Assembly: GCF_020969955.1 (NCBI RefSeq)
Contig: NZ_JAHDSX010000017.1
Span: 13,337 to 45,336, forward strand
Reading direction: 5' to 3'
DNA length: 32,000 nucleotides
Source: Allobaculum fili
GTDB taxonomy: Bacteria; Bacillota_I; Bacilli_A; Erysipelotrichales; Erysipelotrichaceae
In this document: positions 1 to 9,053 of the stretch, one piece after another
Position numbering within the stretch: position 1 is the stretch's first letter
Layout of the letters: each line of letters starts with the position of its first letter
Notes under the pieces: generated by a model
What the model was told of the DNA's origin: nothing
Seen by the model: the letters and a program-made list of their open reading frames with translations, nothing else
The model's database searches: none
Program-made: the position numbers and the translations under genes

Positions 1-500
1 CCGATGAAGTCATCCATCTCGACGCCTCCAAAGGCATTAACGCCTGGGCCAGAGAAAACATGGAACTGAACCATCTGCAGGATAAAAAGATCCGCTTCCT
101 GATCGATGACGCGCTGAAATTCATACGCCGCGAACTGCGCCGCGGACGGACGTATCAGGGCATTATCATGGACCCGCCTTCTTACGGACGCGGCCCGAAC
201 GGCGAAGTCTGGAAACTGGAAGACAACATTTATGAACTGATCGACGAAGCGCAGAAGCTGCTAGCCGATGACGCGCTGTTCTTTATCGTCAATCTGTACA
301 CTACCGGCTTCCCGCTCTCGACCCTTTCGCAGACCCTGGAGCGCACGGTTGTTCGCCAGCATGACGGCTATGTGGAAACCGGCGAAACGCTTCTGCCGAT
401 TCAGGCCGGCGACGCGGTACTGCCATGCGGTCTGTTTGGACGGTGGACCTCGTTTCGTCCCGAACATCCCGACCCCATCGCCGAAGCGAAAAACGGCTAG
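1..500 (+). CDS. class I SAM-dependent methyltransferase (RlmI/RlmK-like), C-terminal part; 5' end outside window
   Basis: The frame of track ORF 60..500 stays open to nt 3 (DEVIHLDASKGINAWARENMELN...). It carries the IIMDPPSYGRG motif typical of RlmI/YwbD-type RNA methyltransferases. TAG stop at 498. Confidence 0.75.
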   Translation, partial: DEVIHLDASKGINAWARENMELNHLQDKKIRFLIDDALKFIRRELRRGRTYQGIIMDPPSYGRGPNGEVWKLEDNIYELIDEAQKLLADDALFFIVNLYTTGFPLSTLSQTLERTVVRQHDGYVETGETLLPIQAGDAVLPCGLFGRWTSFRPEHPDPIAEAKNG

Positions 501-601
501 AGCTGAGTCATCACCTGGCGAAATCTGACCTTCTGCGTACAAAAAGAAGGCCTGAGCGCCCGATGATACTTCGTAGACAATTTCAAACTATGCATTCAAA
601 T

Positions 602-665
602 ACAGCCAGCAGGATTTCCTTATGAAGAGGGAAGCTTGCTGGCTGTTGTATTGTATGAATAATAA
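602..665. terminator. bidirectional stem-loop between convergent genes
   Basis: ACAGCCAGCA (602-611) pairs perfectly with TGCTGGCTGT (637-646). T-rich tract follows on plus, AT-rich on the other side. Confidence 0.5.
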
Positions 666-819
666 TTTTTATGAATTGTAAATACAGTGGTAAGGTTTTT
701 AATTAATGCTTTCGGCGTTCTGTCCAGATAAAGCGGCAATCTTTTTGAAGAAATTGGAACAGATCCGAAAACGGCCTGTTTTCAAACGCGATCGTACGCA
801 GAAGGAAAACGGATGAGAA

Positions 820-1680
820 TCAGCCTGCGCGGGAAGCGTAAACATAGTCGTCATCCGAAAGGCAGACCCACTTGTCCTCGCCAACACGCCCCCAGACGCT
901 GCCGTCACCCGCGGTTTCTTCTTCAAGCACGGTAATGATGGTGCCTTCGCTAAGACGATCGACCTGGGAATGATCCAGAGACGGTCCGCTGCGAACCTTC
1001 ATCACATAATTGAGGCGATACTGCGTCTTTGCGGGTTCTGGCTTTGGCTCCGGTTTTGGTTCAGGTTTCGGCTCTTCTGCTTGCGCAGCCTGCAAGCTGA
1101 CGGATGCTTTTTCGTCGGATGCGGGAGCTTCAGAAGCCTTTAAAGACGATTCGGCACTCGGCTTCTGGGAAGAATCCGACGATTTGTCCGACAGAAAATC
1201 CTTCGCGGACGAATCGGAGGAGATGACGGCCACATCCTGCCTGCCAGCCCCGTTATAGGTGAAGAAGAACCATCCGCCAAAGGCGCCGACCCCTAAAAGA
1301 AGTGCAGCAGCCAGAACGATCAGAACGATTTTCCCTGCAGAGCCAGACTTTTTGGGCTGAGGAGCGGAAGGACCGGAAACGGGTGCAGGCGGCACTGGGG
1401 CATAGTTTTGCGGACCGGGCTGACGCGGCGGTTCAGCATAGCCATTTGGCCCTGCGCTGTTCGGACCGTAATGGGGCGAAAATCCTCTGTTGGACGACGG
1501 ATTTTGAGGATTTGGCCTCTGCCCGGTCTGCAGGCCGTCAGACGATGCCGGATTTGGACGATCCGCTGGGTTTGGATTCGGATTTGCGCTGAAGTTCGAA
1601 TTGGGCAGCGGCGTCCCGCACTTTGCACAGAATCGAGCCTCATCCTTGTTGGAATAATGACAGGATGGACAGTTTTTCAT
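820..1680 (-). CDS. zinc-ribbon membrane protein with Pro-rich linker and C-terminal SH3b-like domain
   Basis: N-terminal CPSC...CAKC zinc ribbon, P/N/Q-rich low-complexity region, one TM (IVLIVLAAALLLGVGAFGGWFFF) and an (EPKP)x4 run. C-terminal SH3_3-like segment (YVMKVRSGPS...GRVGEDKWVCL). GGGAGG lies 4-5 nt upstream of the ATG. Confidence 0.8.
   Translation of the reverse strand: MKNCPSCHYSNKDEARFCAKCGTPLPNSNFSANPNPNPADRPNPASSDGLQTGQRPNPQNPSSNRGFSPHYGPNSAGPNGYAEPPRQPGPQNYAPVPPAPVSGPSAPQPKKSGSAGKIVLIVLAAALLLGVGAFGGWFFFTYNGAGRQDVAVISSDSSAKDFLSDKSSDSSQKPSAESSLKASEAPASDEKASVSLQAAQAEEPKPEPKPEPKPEPAKTQYRLNYVMKVRSGPSLDHSQVDRLSEGTIITVLEEETAGDGSVWGRVGEDKWVCLSDDDYVYASRAG
1033..1074 (-). repeat. imperfect 12-nt tandem repeat encoding (EPKP)x3.5
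   Basis: Plus strand GGGTTCTGGCTTTGGCTCCGGTTTTGGTTCAGGTTTCGGCTC encodes EPKPEPKPEPKPEP on the minus strand. Confidence 0.6.
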
Positions 1681-1954
1681 AGAACCTCCCTGAATATGAA
1701 TATTAATTAGTTATAATCATCTTATCATTGCCAAAACCGATAAAACAAGACAGCCTGAACTCCACCGGAATCCAGCAAGCCCGTATCCCTTTTTCGGTGC
1801 AAAAAGTGTACGGTCTGCTTGATAAAACAGGAGCCGGAACTGATCGGTCTGGTCTTTCCTCTTCCAGGGCAATACATTCAACACGTATGAAAAAGAGAAA
1901 ACATCTGCGTCCGCAGTTTTGCCAGAAGCGGATGCGGTCGAAAGGAGCCTTCGC

Positions 1955-2776
1955 ATGAAAGGACGTCAAATCGAAAAACTGATTTTAGCCGCCCAGCTCG
2001 CTGCGCTTTCCATTTTTGGAATGGCCGCCTGCAGCTCTTCCAGGTCAGGCACTTCTTCCCAGGCGGATCCGAGCAGCCAGACCGTTCCCTCGGCTCAGCG
2101 CTCGGAACGAACATTCGAAGAAATTGCCGAAGCCAGACGCAAAGCGGAAGAAGCCATCCAGTCGCCTGACGGTCCCCAGGATGGGGATTCGGTTCCCGCT
2201 GAAACGCTTCCGGAAAACGGGCAGGCTACTGCTCTAAAAGAAGAGACAATCGACGGCATTTACTATAAGGACGGCATTCTGATTGCGAATAAAAAGCACG
2301 GTCTTCCGGCGGATTATGCCCCAGGCGTCGATCCGACCGCCAGCGCGCAGGTTTCCGCTCTGATTGCGGACATGATCGCGCAGGGCATGGACGTAAGCTA
2401 TGACACGTCCAATTTTCGAAGCTACGACACGCAGGCCGGCCTTTACAACAACTATGTCGCCGGCTATGGTCAGGCTGAGGCGGATACCTTCTCTGCAAGA
2501 CCTGGATATTCGGAACATCAGACCGGACTGGCGTTCGATTTGAAGCACAGCAGCGGCGCGCTGCTGACCGGACCCACAGAAGCCCAGTGGCTTCTGGACA
2601 ATTCCTGGAAGTATGGTTTCATCGTTCGCTATCAGGAAGGAAAAGAAGGAATTACCGGCTATCAGGCGGAGCCCTGGCATTTGCGCTATATCGGCGACAA
2701 AGCGCAGGCCATCGCGCAAAGCGGTCTTTGCCTGGAAGAATATCTTGGCGTGGACGGCGGCGATTACGCCCAATAA
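1955..2776 (+). CDS. M15B (VanY-like) D-alanyl-D-alanine carboxypeptidase, lipoprotein-type signal
   Basis: SEHQTGLAFD and EPWHLRYIG metal-binding motifs of peptidase M15B/VanY. Signal with lipobox-like FGMAAC. AAAGGAG lies 7-8 nt upstream of ATG 1955 (the track ORF starts earlier, at 1919). Confidence 0.85.
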   Translation: MKGRQIEKLILAAQLAALSIFGMAACSSSRSGTSSQADPSSQTVPSAQRSERTFEEIAEARRKAEEAIQSPDGPQDGDSVPAETLPENGQATALKEETIDGIYYKDGILIANKKHGLPADYAPGVDPTASAQVSALIADMIAQGMDVSYDTSNFRSYDTQAGLYNNYVAGYGQAEADTFSARPGYSEHQTGLAFDLKHSSGALLTGPTEAQWLLDNSWKYGFIVRYQEGKEGITGYQAEPWHLRYIGDKAQAIAQSGLCLEEYLGVDGGDYAQ

Positions 2777-2783
2777 TGCCATT

Positions 2784-2814
2784 AAAAAAAACGGGAACGG
2801 ATCGTACCGTTCCC
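2784..2814 (-). terminator. rho-independent terminator (serves the HAD gene)
   Basis: GGGAACGG (2793-2800) / CCGTTCCC (2807-2814) is a perfect 8-bp stem. It is followed on the minus strand by T8 (A-run 2784-2791 on plus). Confidence 0.65.
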
Positions 2815-2826
2815 CATATTTCTGAT

Positions 2827-2856
2827 CGATCGGCTTTCTATCGCCGATCGTTTTTA
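2827..2856 (+). terminator. rho-independent terminator (serves the M15 peptidase gene)
   Basis: CGATCGGC (2827-2834) / GCCGATCG (2843-2850) stem followed by TTTTT. Confidence 0.6.
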
Positions 2857-2880
2857 TTGCTTTTCTTTAATCGATTTTCC

Positions 2881-3573
2881 TTAATCGTTCTCCTTTTCGG
2901 ATGGAATGGCTTCGATTGGCAGATCAATGCGGATCTCCTTCATGGAATGCACGACCTGACGGATCTGTTTTCTGCCGGCCATCTGTGAGGCAATATGCGA
3001 CGAATCCAGCAGCCGCACATCCTGACAGCCGCTTTCAATCGCGCTGTTTATTCCCGCCACAGAATCTTCCAGAATGGTCAGTTCCTCTAACGGAAGGCCG
3101 AGAATTTCGGCGGACCGCTCAAACATGGCGATTTTATTTACGTATGTTCCGTCATCGTAGACGATGTTTTCCTCTCGAATCCAGCGATCGAGATGAAAGC
3201 TGCGAACGAAAAACTCGATGTTTTCCCAGATGGAAGCAGAACAGATCGTAAAGGGAATGCCGCGCCGGGTCAGTTCATCAAACAGCGCTTCGCTGCCTTC
3301 GATCAGATGAAAAGACGCCTGATCTTCTGCGCAGCACTGGCGATACAGCGCTTCCTTGCGCTGGGAGAGCTGCTCTTCCCTTGCCGGGTCGATTTTCCCG
3401 TTATTGAGGTAGCGAATGATCTGCACATTCGGCTTTCCATTCATATGCAAAACGAGTTCTTCCTGTGTCACCGGACGGTTTCGCAGTTCGAGACTGATCT
3501 GGTTCCACGCTTTGACATGCTTGTCGTGGTCGAGAAACAGCGTTCCATTAAAATCGAAAATTACACCTTTCAT
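2881..3573 (-). CDS. HAD-superfamily hydrolase, subfamily IA (beta-phosphoglucomutase/phosphatase-like)
   Basis: Motif I VIFDFNGTL, motif II TICSAS and motif IV ILEDSVAGI, with a cap-domain-sized insert. GAGAGGGG RBS upstream of the ATG. Confidence 0.85.
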   Translation of the reverse strand: MKGVIFDFNGTLFLDHDKHVKAWNQISLELRNRPVTQEELVLHMNGKPNVQIIRYLNNGKIDPAREEQLSQRKEALYRQCCAEDQASFHLIEGSEALFDELTRRGIPFTICSASIWENIEFFVRSFHLDRWIREENIVYDDGTYVNKIAMFERSAEILGLPLEELTILEDSVAGINSAIESGCQDVRLLDSSHIASQMAGRKQIRQVVHSMKEIRIDLPIEAIPSEKEND

Positions 3574-3664
3574 TCGGATCCCCTCTCTGGCTTATGGCTT
3601 TCTTGTCCATCGCTCTTTCTTTGAGCAGACGGATTTATCGGTTCAGTCCTATCTTATCGAACCC

Positions 3665-5145
3665 ATGCTTTTCCTGCAGACAAATACGGATCCTCTCGAT
3701 CCAGGTTCTGCTTTCAGTGAATCCTCTGCTTCTTTCCTGCTGCCGCCTCCGCCTTTGCCATCCAGGCCGATTCCCAGTGCGCAGTCCGATTCTGGATCGG
3801 ATACTTCCCAGCCGTCTGCGCCCAGAACGAAATGGATTCTGCTGGCAGGGCTGGCGGCGGCTGTCGCGCTTGCAGGCCTGGTTGGCTCAGGTCTGGTGGA
3901 AACCTGGACAAAGGGAAGCGATCAGGAATGTCTGAACGCTTTGGAGTCCAGGCCGACTCGTCACTGAACCACAAGACTCGTAAACAGTCAGAAAGAGCAG
4001 ATGACAGCTTACTCAGAAATGTTTGAGAAAGAACTGGAGCATCCTGAACCCTTTTATGACCGCTATTTCAGGATCCGAAACTCAAGGAATGGATCCGGGA
4101 GTTTGTGGATCTGCTGAAATCGTCAAAGGACAGGGCCTCTCAGTATTGACCGGAACAGCGGAAAACCTTTTCGGCAGACTACAACATAAATGAATTCAGC
4201 CGTCGGATCGCACTTTTCGACCAGATCCGTGAAAAGTATCCGCTGGAATTTTCTGACGCATACGATTCCAGTACTTTACGCATACGCACCTGATTGACGA
4301 TGCGGATGCTCGAAGCGAAGGGCTGGACGATCTGAAGATCGAACCGGCTGACCATTTTTCAAAGGAAAATGAACAGGCTTTTCTCGAGGCTTTAAGCCGC
4401 ACGCTGGGTGCCCGCTGGACGGCCAGCGAGGAAGGAACCGTTTTCGACGGATTTATTCCTCTGCAGATACTGGATACGAAGGCGCGGCATGAATATAAGG
4501 ACAGGCTGTGTGAGGAAATGCGCGCCATCGCCCTGTATATGTTCTGCGAATTTGAAGTCAAAGATCTGCATATGCCGGCAAAAGACTATTATGGCTGTCT
4601 TATGGGGATGCCTGGCAGCACCATGAATTATGGCAGCAGTTCTTCGCCGTTTTATTTCTATTCCAGCCGCCGCGCTCGACTGCTGGAGGCGTTCAATCGC
4701 TCTTTCAGTTTAGACTTTGAACATGCAGAAGATCAGGACAGGCTGCAGCCTTTAGTTTATGACCAGGATCGAAACGGCATCGTTTTCAATTTTGTCCGTT
4801 CTCTGGCGTTCCGTGACGTACTGTTCATGGAATCTGGCCTGAAGCGGGGAAAGCCGGATGGCGACTCTGAATTTGAAATTCGTGCGGCCAGCACTTCCGG
4901 AATTGATTTCCATGCGTTTGCCATACAGCCCGGTCAGGGAGGAAACAGCCAGACCCATTCGAAACAATATCGACGAAGAAAGCGGGTTTTACTGGAAAGA
5001 GGGAGACGATGCCGTCTTCCAGTATTCGATGGATCCAGATTGTATGAAAGCATTTATTCGCTGCACGGTATATACGCTCGATTGCAGCGGTCAAAGAGGC
5101 ATCGTGATTTTCGCAGATAAGGCTTACGATAAGATGCTCGACTAA
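3665..5145 (+). pseudogene. decayed gene for a ~490-aa single-pass membrane protein of unknown family (2 in-frame stops, at least 3 frameshifts)
   Basis: A protein-like reading frame hops between all three plus frames.
- 3665-3964: Pro-rich region, TM WILLAGLAAAVALAGLVGSGLV.
- TGA at 3965.
- Same frame continues to ~4066 (MTAYSEMFEKELEHPEPFYDRYF).
- Shift (QDPKLKEWIREFVDLLKSS...).
- TGA at 4145.
- Continues to ~4290 (YNINEFSRRIALFDQIREKYPLEFSDAYD).
- Shift into the frame of track ORF 4518..5120 (open from 4257).
- Shift near 4940 into track ORF 4858..5145 (GFYWKEGDDAVFQYSMDPDCMKAF...). Confidence 0.6.
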
Positions 5146-5201
5146 GTCCTGCAGCGATTTTGAGGTCCTTCACCGAAGTGCCTATGTCTGACGCAGCATC
5201 C

Positions 5202-5284
5202 AAAAAAATGAAAAGCGCCTTCGAGGCGGCTGGAACGCATGCAGGACATGCAGTCCGGATCCGCCTGGAAAGCGCTGTTTTTTT
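5202..5284. terminator. long imperfect bidirectional stem-loop between convergent genes
   Basis: AGCGCCTTCGAGGCGG (5214-5229) pairs with CCGCCTGGAAAGCGCT (5261-5276) with 2 mismatches. A7 lies before it and T8 after. Confidence 0.55.
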
Positions 5285-5321
5285 GTTCTGTTTAAGAGAA
5301 AGACTGGATTGATCTGTCTGG

Positions 5322-8300
5322 CTATCTTAAGCCGTACCAGCCAATGCCTTCCGCGTTCCATCCGTTTCGGACAAGGAAGGCGTTTTCGTTCGGGTCGGTC
5401 GTGTAGTTATGGCTTCCGCTTTTCGCGTTGGGATTGTACTGACGATAGAGCGGGACGCCCTGGGCATCATCGAAATACCAGCCGATGCCTTCGTCCGTCC
5501 ATCCGGCGCGGATCAGATGATCGCGTTCATTGACCGACATCGTGTAGTGATGATCGCCCGCATTGCGGTTGTACAGACGATATACCGGCGTACGGGACGT
5601 TTGCGGCGCGTACCAGCCAATGTTCTCATACGTCCAGCCTGCCTGAATCAGGCTGTTCTTTTCCCTCTCCTGGGCCGTATAGAAGTGTTCGCCCGAGTTT
5701 GGATTGTACAGACGGAACATGGCGACGCGCGGCACGGCCGCCTCTTTTCGGATGGAAAACGTCCGCGTTACGCTTCCTGTGTAATGGTTTGTGCCCTGGA
5801 TGGTAAGACTGGCTGTTCCGACGTTCACGTTATTGGCATAGCTTACGGTGTAGTCCTGACCTGGAATCAGATCTGCGCCGCGGCTGCGGACCGTTAAAGA
5901 CGGCTGAATCTCCCTGCCTGTCCAGATTTGCTCAGCGATCTGACCGACCATGTCTTCACTCAGGCGGACAGGAACAATCTCGAACTTCCTGACTGCACTT
6001 CCCGTGTAATTTCCTTTCCCCGTGATGCTCAGTGAGGCCGTTCCAGGTTCCCGGTTACCCGAATAGCTGAGGGTATAGTCTTTGTCCTGTATCAGACGCG
6101 TTTTGCCATGGCTGACGGTTACGGACGGCGCAATCGGCTGGCCTGTCCAGGTCTGATCCGGTATTGCCGAAATCATATCCGTCTTCAGAGAGGCGGGTTT
6201 GATCGTAAAAGTTTTCTTTGCGGAGCCCGTATAGTTTCCTTTTCCGGTAATGGTAACGGTCGCGGTTCCCGCACTGATATTGCTGGAACAGGAAACGGTG
6301 TAATCCTTGCCGGATGAGAGGGTTTTGTTTCCGAGTTTCACCGTTACGCCCGGCTGAATCGCGCTTCCGGTATACGTATAGCTTGTCGAAGACAGGGTAA
6401 CGGAAGCGCTGTTCAAAGACGGCAGCGCATTCCACGCGGCTTTAAAGCGGAGGACATCTCCGTCTATGTCTGTCGTTTTGGCCAGCGGGGTGCCGTTGGA
6501 GTAAATCGATTTTGGATATTTGTGTCTGGCGGCTTCGGCGTCGGACATGAACCGGTTTCCGGATGAACTTTTATACATGTACTGCTTCTTCCTGTCGCTG
6601 TATACGTACCATCCGCCAAAGCTGTATCCGTCTCGCGTATATGTGCATTTTGTGGTCGTTACCTTCTGGCCGTAATGGACGACGGTATCTTTCATCGTCG
6701 CTCCCTTTCCGCCGTTAGCCTCATACTTGATGGTGAACTTTTTGTCTGGCACCTGCACCTGAATGGTGTATTCCCTTCGGTGCGGGGAATAAATTTTCAG
6801 CTCTGCGGATCCGGCTTTCACAGGGGTCGCCTTGATGACGGCTCCGGCGCCTTTGGATGAATTGACGGTAAAAACATTCGTATCGCCAGAATACCACGTC
6901 AGGGAGTATCTGGAACCGCTGGATGTGGACAGACTGATCGAATACGTACCTCCAAGTTCCAGCGTCAGCCTGCCGTTGTTGGGAACCGTCTTCGATTTAT
7001 AGGACGCGGACACACCCGACACGTGTACAAAATTGCTGGCGGCAAGCCAGGTTCCCTCTTTTGCAAGCTTTGTACCTGGCGTCTTGAAATTTGCAGGATC
7101 CGGTCTGTGGTCCTTATTGATGTTCGTTTTACCCAATAAAAACCACCGGGTTTCCGCATTAAAGGAGTCATTCCATGTCACGTCGATGGAATAGTAGTAA
7201 TTGCCAAGTTTTGAAATATTCCAGGAATGAGGCTCAAATTTGCCGGTCGCATTTCCGGTTCCCCCGACGATATACGTTTCCACGCCCGACGCGTTGGCCA
7301 GCAGGCTGAACGCATGGGCATATCCTGAGCAGACCGTTTTGCGGCCGATTAAAGCACTGTAGGCGGTCTGTCCGCCATCTTTCAGCTTCTTGTAGTTATT
7401 TTCATAATCGATCGTCTGAATCAGATACCGGTTAATAACTTTCAGCTTCTGCACTTTATCGGAAATGTCGATCAGCGGCCGTTTATCCAGAGACGTAAGA
7501 CTGCCTTTATTGACGATTTCCTTAACTTTATTGAATACTTTCTGCTGACCGGATGTTCCAAAGGCTTTTGCAATCTCATTCCATTCGTATCTGGAATAGG
7601 AATCTTTATCAATCATCCGGACAAAATCGCTCATGGACGGAGCATAGCTTTCCAGAAGAATGTCGCTGTCCGTGAAAGAAGGGATTTCCTCCCGATTGAC
7701 GAATTCCACATCCAGAGAAATCGTCTGGCTTTCGCTCTGATACAGAACCCAGAGGGCATGCTCCCGTTCTGGGTCGTCGCTCTGAAGCTGGAAGGCGATG
7801 CAGGAAGGCAGATTGCCGCCGTCCTTGAACGCGACGCGCATCGTTCCATTTTCGGTTTTCGTCTCAAAACCCGATTCTGCACCGGGCTCAAATTCATTAG
7901 CGACCCATACAGACGCAAAATCCGGCAGACGAAGCGAGAAATGATCTCCGTCCTGCCATCTATAAGAAGAAGGATATTCGAGATTCAGGAAAACGGTAGA
8001 GCCGATCTGTTCTGGCTTGAGCTGAATCTGGTTTTCTTTCAGCAGGTCTCTGCCCGTCTGATCATTTTCACAATTCGAATTTTCTTCTGTCTGCCGGCTG
8101 GCTTCCGGCCTTCCGCTGTCTTCCTGCGCCGGACGGTCTGTCGCCGCATTGTCTTCGGACTGGTCCGCTCTGGAATCCGGTCTGTCCGTATCTTCTGACG
8201 AGGACGGCTTCTCTTCGTTTTCCGTGTCTTCTTCCGACTCGTCGACAAACGTAAGAACAGCTGGCTCTTCATTCGCATTCAGTTTCCAGGAAAACGGCAG

Positions 8301-8813
8301 ATCTTCGGCTGCCGCTTCTACAGGAAGGGTAAGAGGAAGCGGGTCCTGAAGGTCCTTCCCGCTTCGTGCATTCAGTTCTATGACCAGTTCGTTTCCTTCC
8401 ATCGTCCACTGACCGGCGAGAACTTCGCCTTCCAGCCAGATCGGCTGCGGCTTATGCGTGTGTTCGACATGAATCGCCTCGGGAATCGGGAGTCGTACCG
8501 TATCGCCCTTCTCCACTCTTCCAGCGTCTTTCAGGAAGATCAGATGGAGAAGAATCTTCTGAGACGAATGTTCATCCGACCAGGCTTTTTCGATTTCAAA
8601 ACGAAATCCCGGCTGATCTGACCAGCAGACCGAATCGGCTGGCTTTCGACGGGCTCGTTTTTCGGTTCTTCGTGCCCGAAGGCCGGGAGTACGCTCGAGG
8701 AGAGGAACAGGGAAACCGAGAGGATCGCCGAAAAACCGGCGAAGGCTCTCTTTCGTATTTTCTTCGCATGCATAGGCTTTCTTTTTCCTTTCCAGTGTGA
8801 ATTGCCTGGACAT
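5322..8813 (-). CDS. large multidomain cell-surface protein with transglutaminase-like cysteine-protease core; N-terminal signal peptide is in another frame (see findings)
   Basis: - Transglutaminase-like Cys-His-Asp core (CSGYAHAFSLL...HSWN...IDVTWND).
- Acidic low-complexity region.
- Big_2-like domain.
- Listeria/Bacteroides-type repeat (FTIKYEANGGKG...RDGYSFGGWY).
- Three Ig-like repeats (Y.YTG..I.P.VTV....L..GKDYTVSY..N...GTA.VTI.G.GNYTGS).
- Three C-terminal YNPN.G.H.YT...GW..EGIGWY repeats. Confidence 0.85.
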   Translation of the reverse strand: MSRQFTLERKKKAYACEENTKESLRRFFGDPLGFPVPLLERTPGLRARRTEKRARRKPADSVCWSDQPGFRFEIEKAWSDEHSSQKILLHLIFLKDAGRVEKGDTVRLPIPEAIHVEHTHKPQPIWLEGEVLAGQWTMEGNELVIELNARSGKDLQDPLPLTLPVEAAAEDLPFSWKLNANEEPAVLTFVDESEEDTENEEKPSSSEDTDRPDSRADQSEDNAATDRPAQEDSGRPEASRQTEENSNCENDQTGRDLLKENQIQLKPEQIGSTVFLNLEYPSSYRWQDGDHFSLRLPDFASVWVANEFEPGAESGFETKTENGTMRVAFKDGGNLPSCIAFQLQSDDPEREHALWVLYQSESQTISLDVEFVNREEIPSFTDSDILLESYAPSMSDFVRMIDKDSYSRYEWNEIAKAFGTSGQQKVFNKVKEIVNKGSLTSLDKRPLIDISDKVQKLKVINRYLIQTIDYENNYKKLKDGGQTAYSALIGRKTVCSGYAHAFSLLANASGVETYIVGGTGNATGKFEPHSWNISKLGNYYYSIDVTWNDSFNAETRWFLLGKTNINKDHRPDPANFKTPGTKLAKEGTWLAASNFVHVSGVSASYKSKTVPNNGRLTLELGGTYSISLSTSSGSRYSLTWYSGDTNVFTVNSSKGAGAVIKATPVKAGSAELKIYSPHRREYTIQVQVPDKKFTIKYEANGGKGATMKDTVVHYGQKVTTTKCTYTRDGYSFGGWYVYSDRKKQYMYKSSSGNRFMSDAEAARHKYPKSIYSNGTPLAKTTDIDGDVLRFKAAWNALPSLNSASVTLSSTSYTYTGSAIQPGVTVKLGNKTLSSGKDYTVSCSSNISAGTATVTITGKGNYTGSAKKTFTIKPASLKTDMISAIPDQTWTGQPIAPSVTVSHGKTRLIQDKDYTLSYSGNREPGTASLSITGKGNYTGSAVRKFEIVPVRLSEDMVGQIAEQIWTGREIQPSLTVRSRGADLIPGQDYTVSYANNVNVGTASLTIQGTNHYTGSVTRTFSIRKEAAVPRVAMFRLYNPNSGEHFYTAQEREKNSLIQAGWTYENIGWYAPQTSRTPVYRLYNRNAGDHHYTMSVNERDHLIRAGWTDEGIGWYFDDAQGVPLYRQYNPNAKSGSHNYTTDPNENAFLVRNGWNAEGIGWYGLR

Positions 8814-8814
8814 T

Positions 8815-8844
8815 ATTATAAATCGTCTTTTTTTATTTGAACAA
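8815..8844 (-). promoter_or_regulatory. candidate sigma-A promoter of the surface-protein gene
   Basis: Minus strand reads TTGTTC (8844-8839), an 18-nt spacer, then TATAAT (8820-8815). The -10 ends only 2 nt before the ATG at 8813. Confidence 0.4.
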
Positions 8845-8972
8845 CATATTCCATATTTTTTCGCTATGAAAGACTGTTTTTAAAGACGAATCTGCTCTTT
8901 CCTTCGAAAGCTGCCTTTTCCTATTGCGAGCAATTTTTTGCGCCCTGCTGGAGCTCTGATTTTTCACCCCAT

Positions 8973-9020
8973 AAAAAAAGCGGCTCAGACAGAAGTTACA
9001 TTCTGCTTGAGCCGTTTTTT
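8973..9020 (-). terminator. terminator downstream of metQ (bidirectional shape)
   Basis: GCGGCTCAGACAGAA / TTCTGCTTGAGCCG form an imperfect 14-15-bp stem, flanked by A7 (8973-8979) and T6 (9015-9020). Confidence 0.6.
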
Positions 9021-9053
9021 GCATCCGCCTGGATTTTGCTTTAAGGGCGTGTC

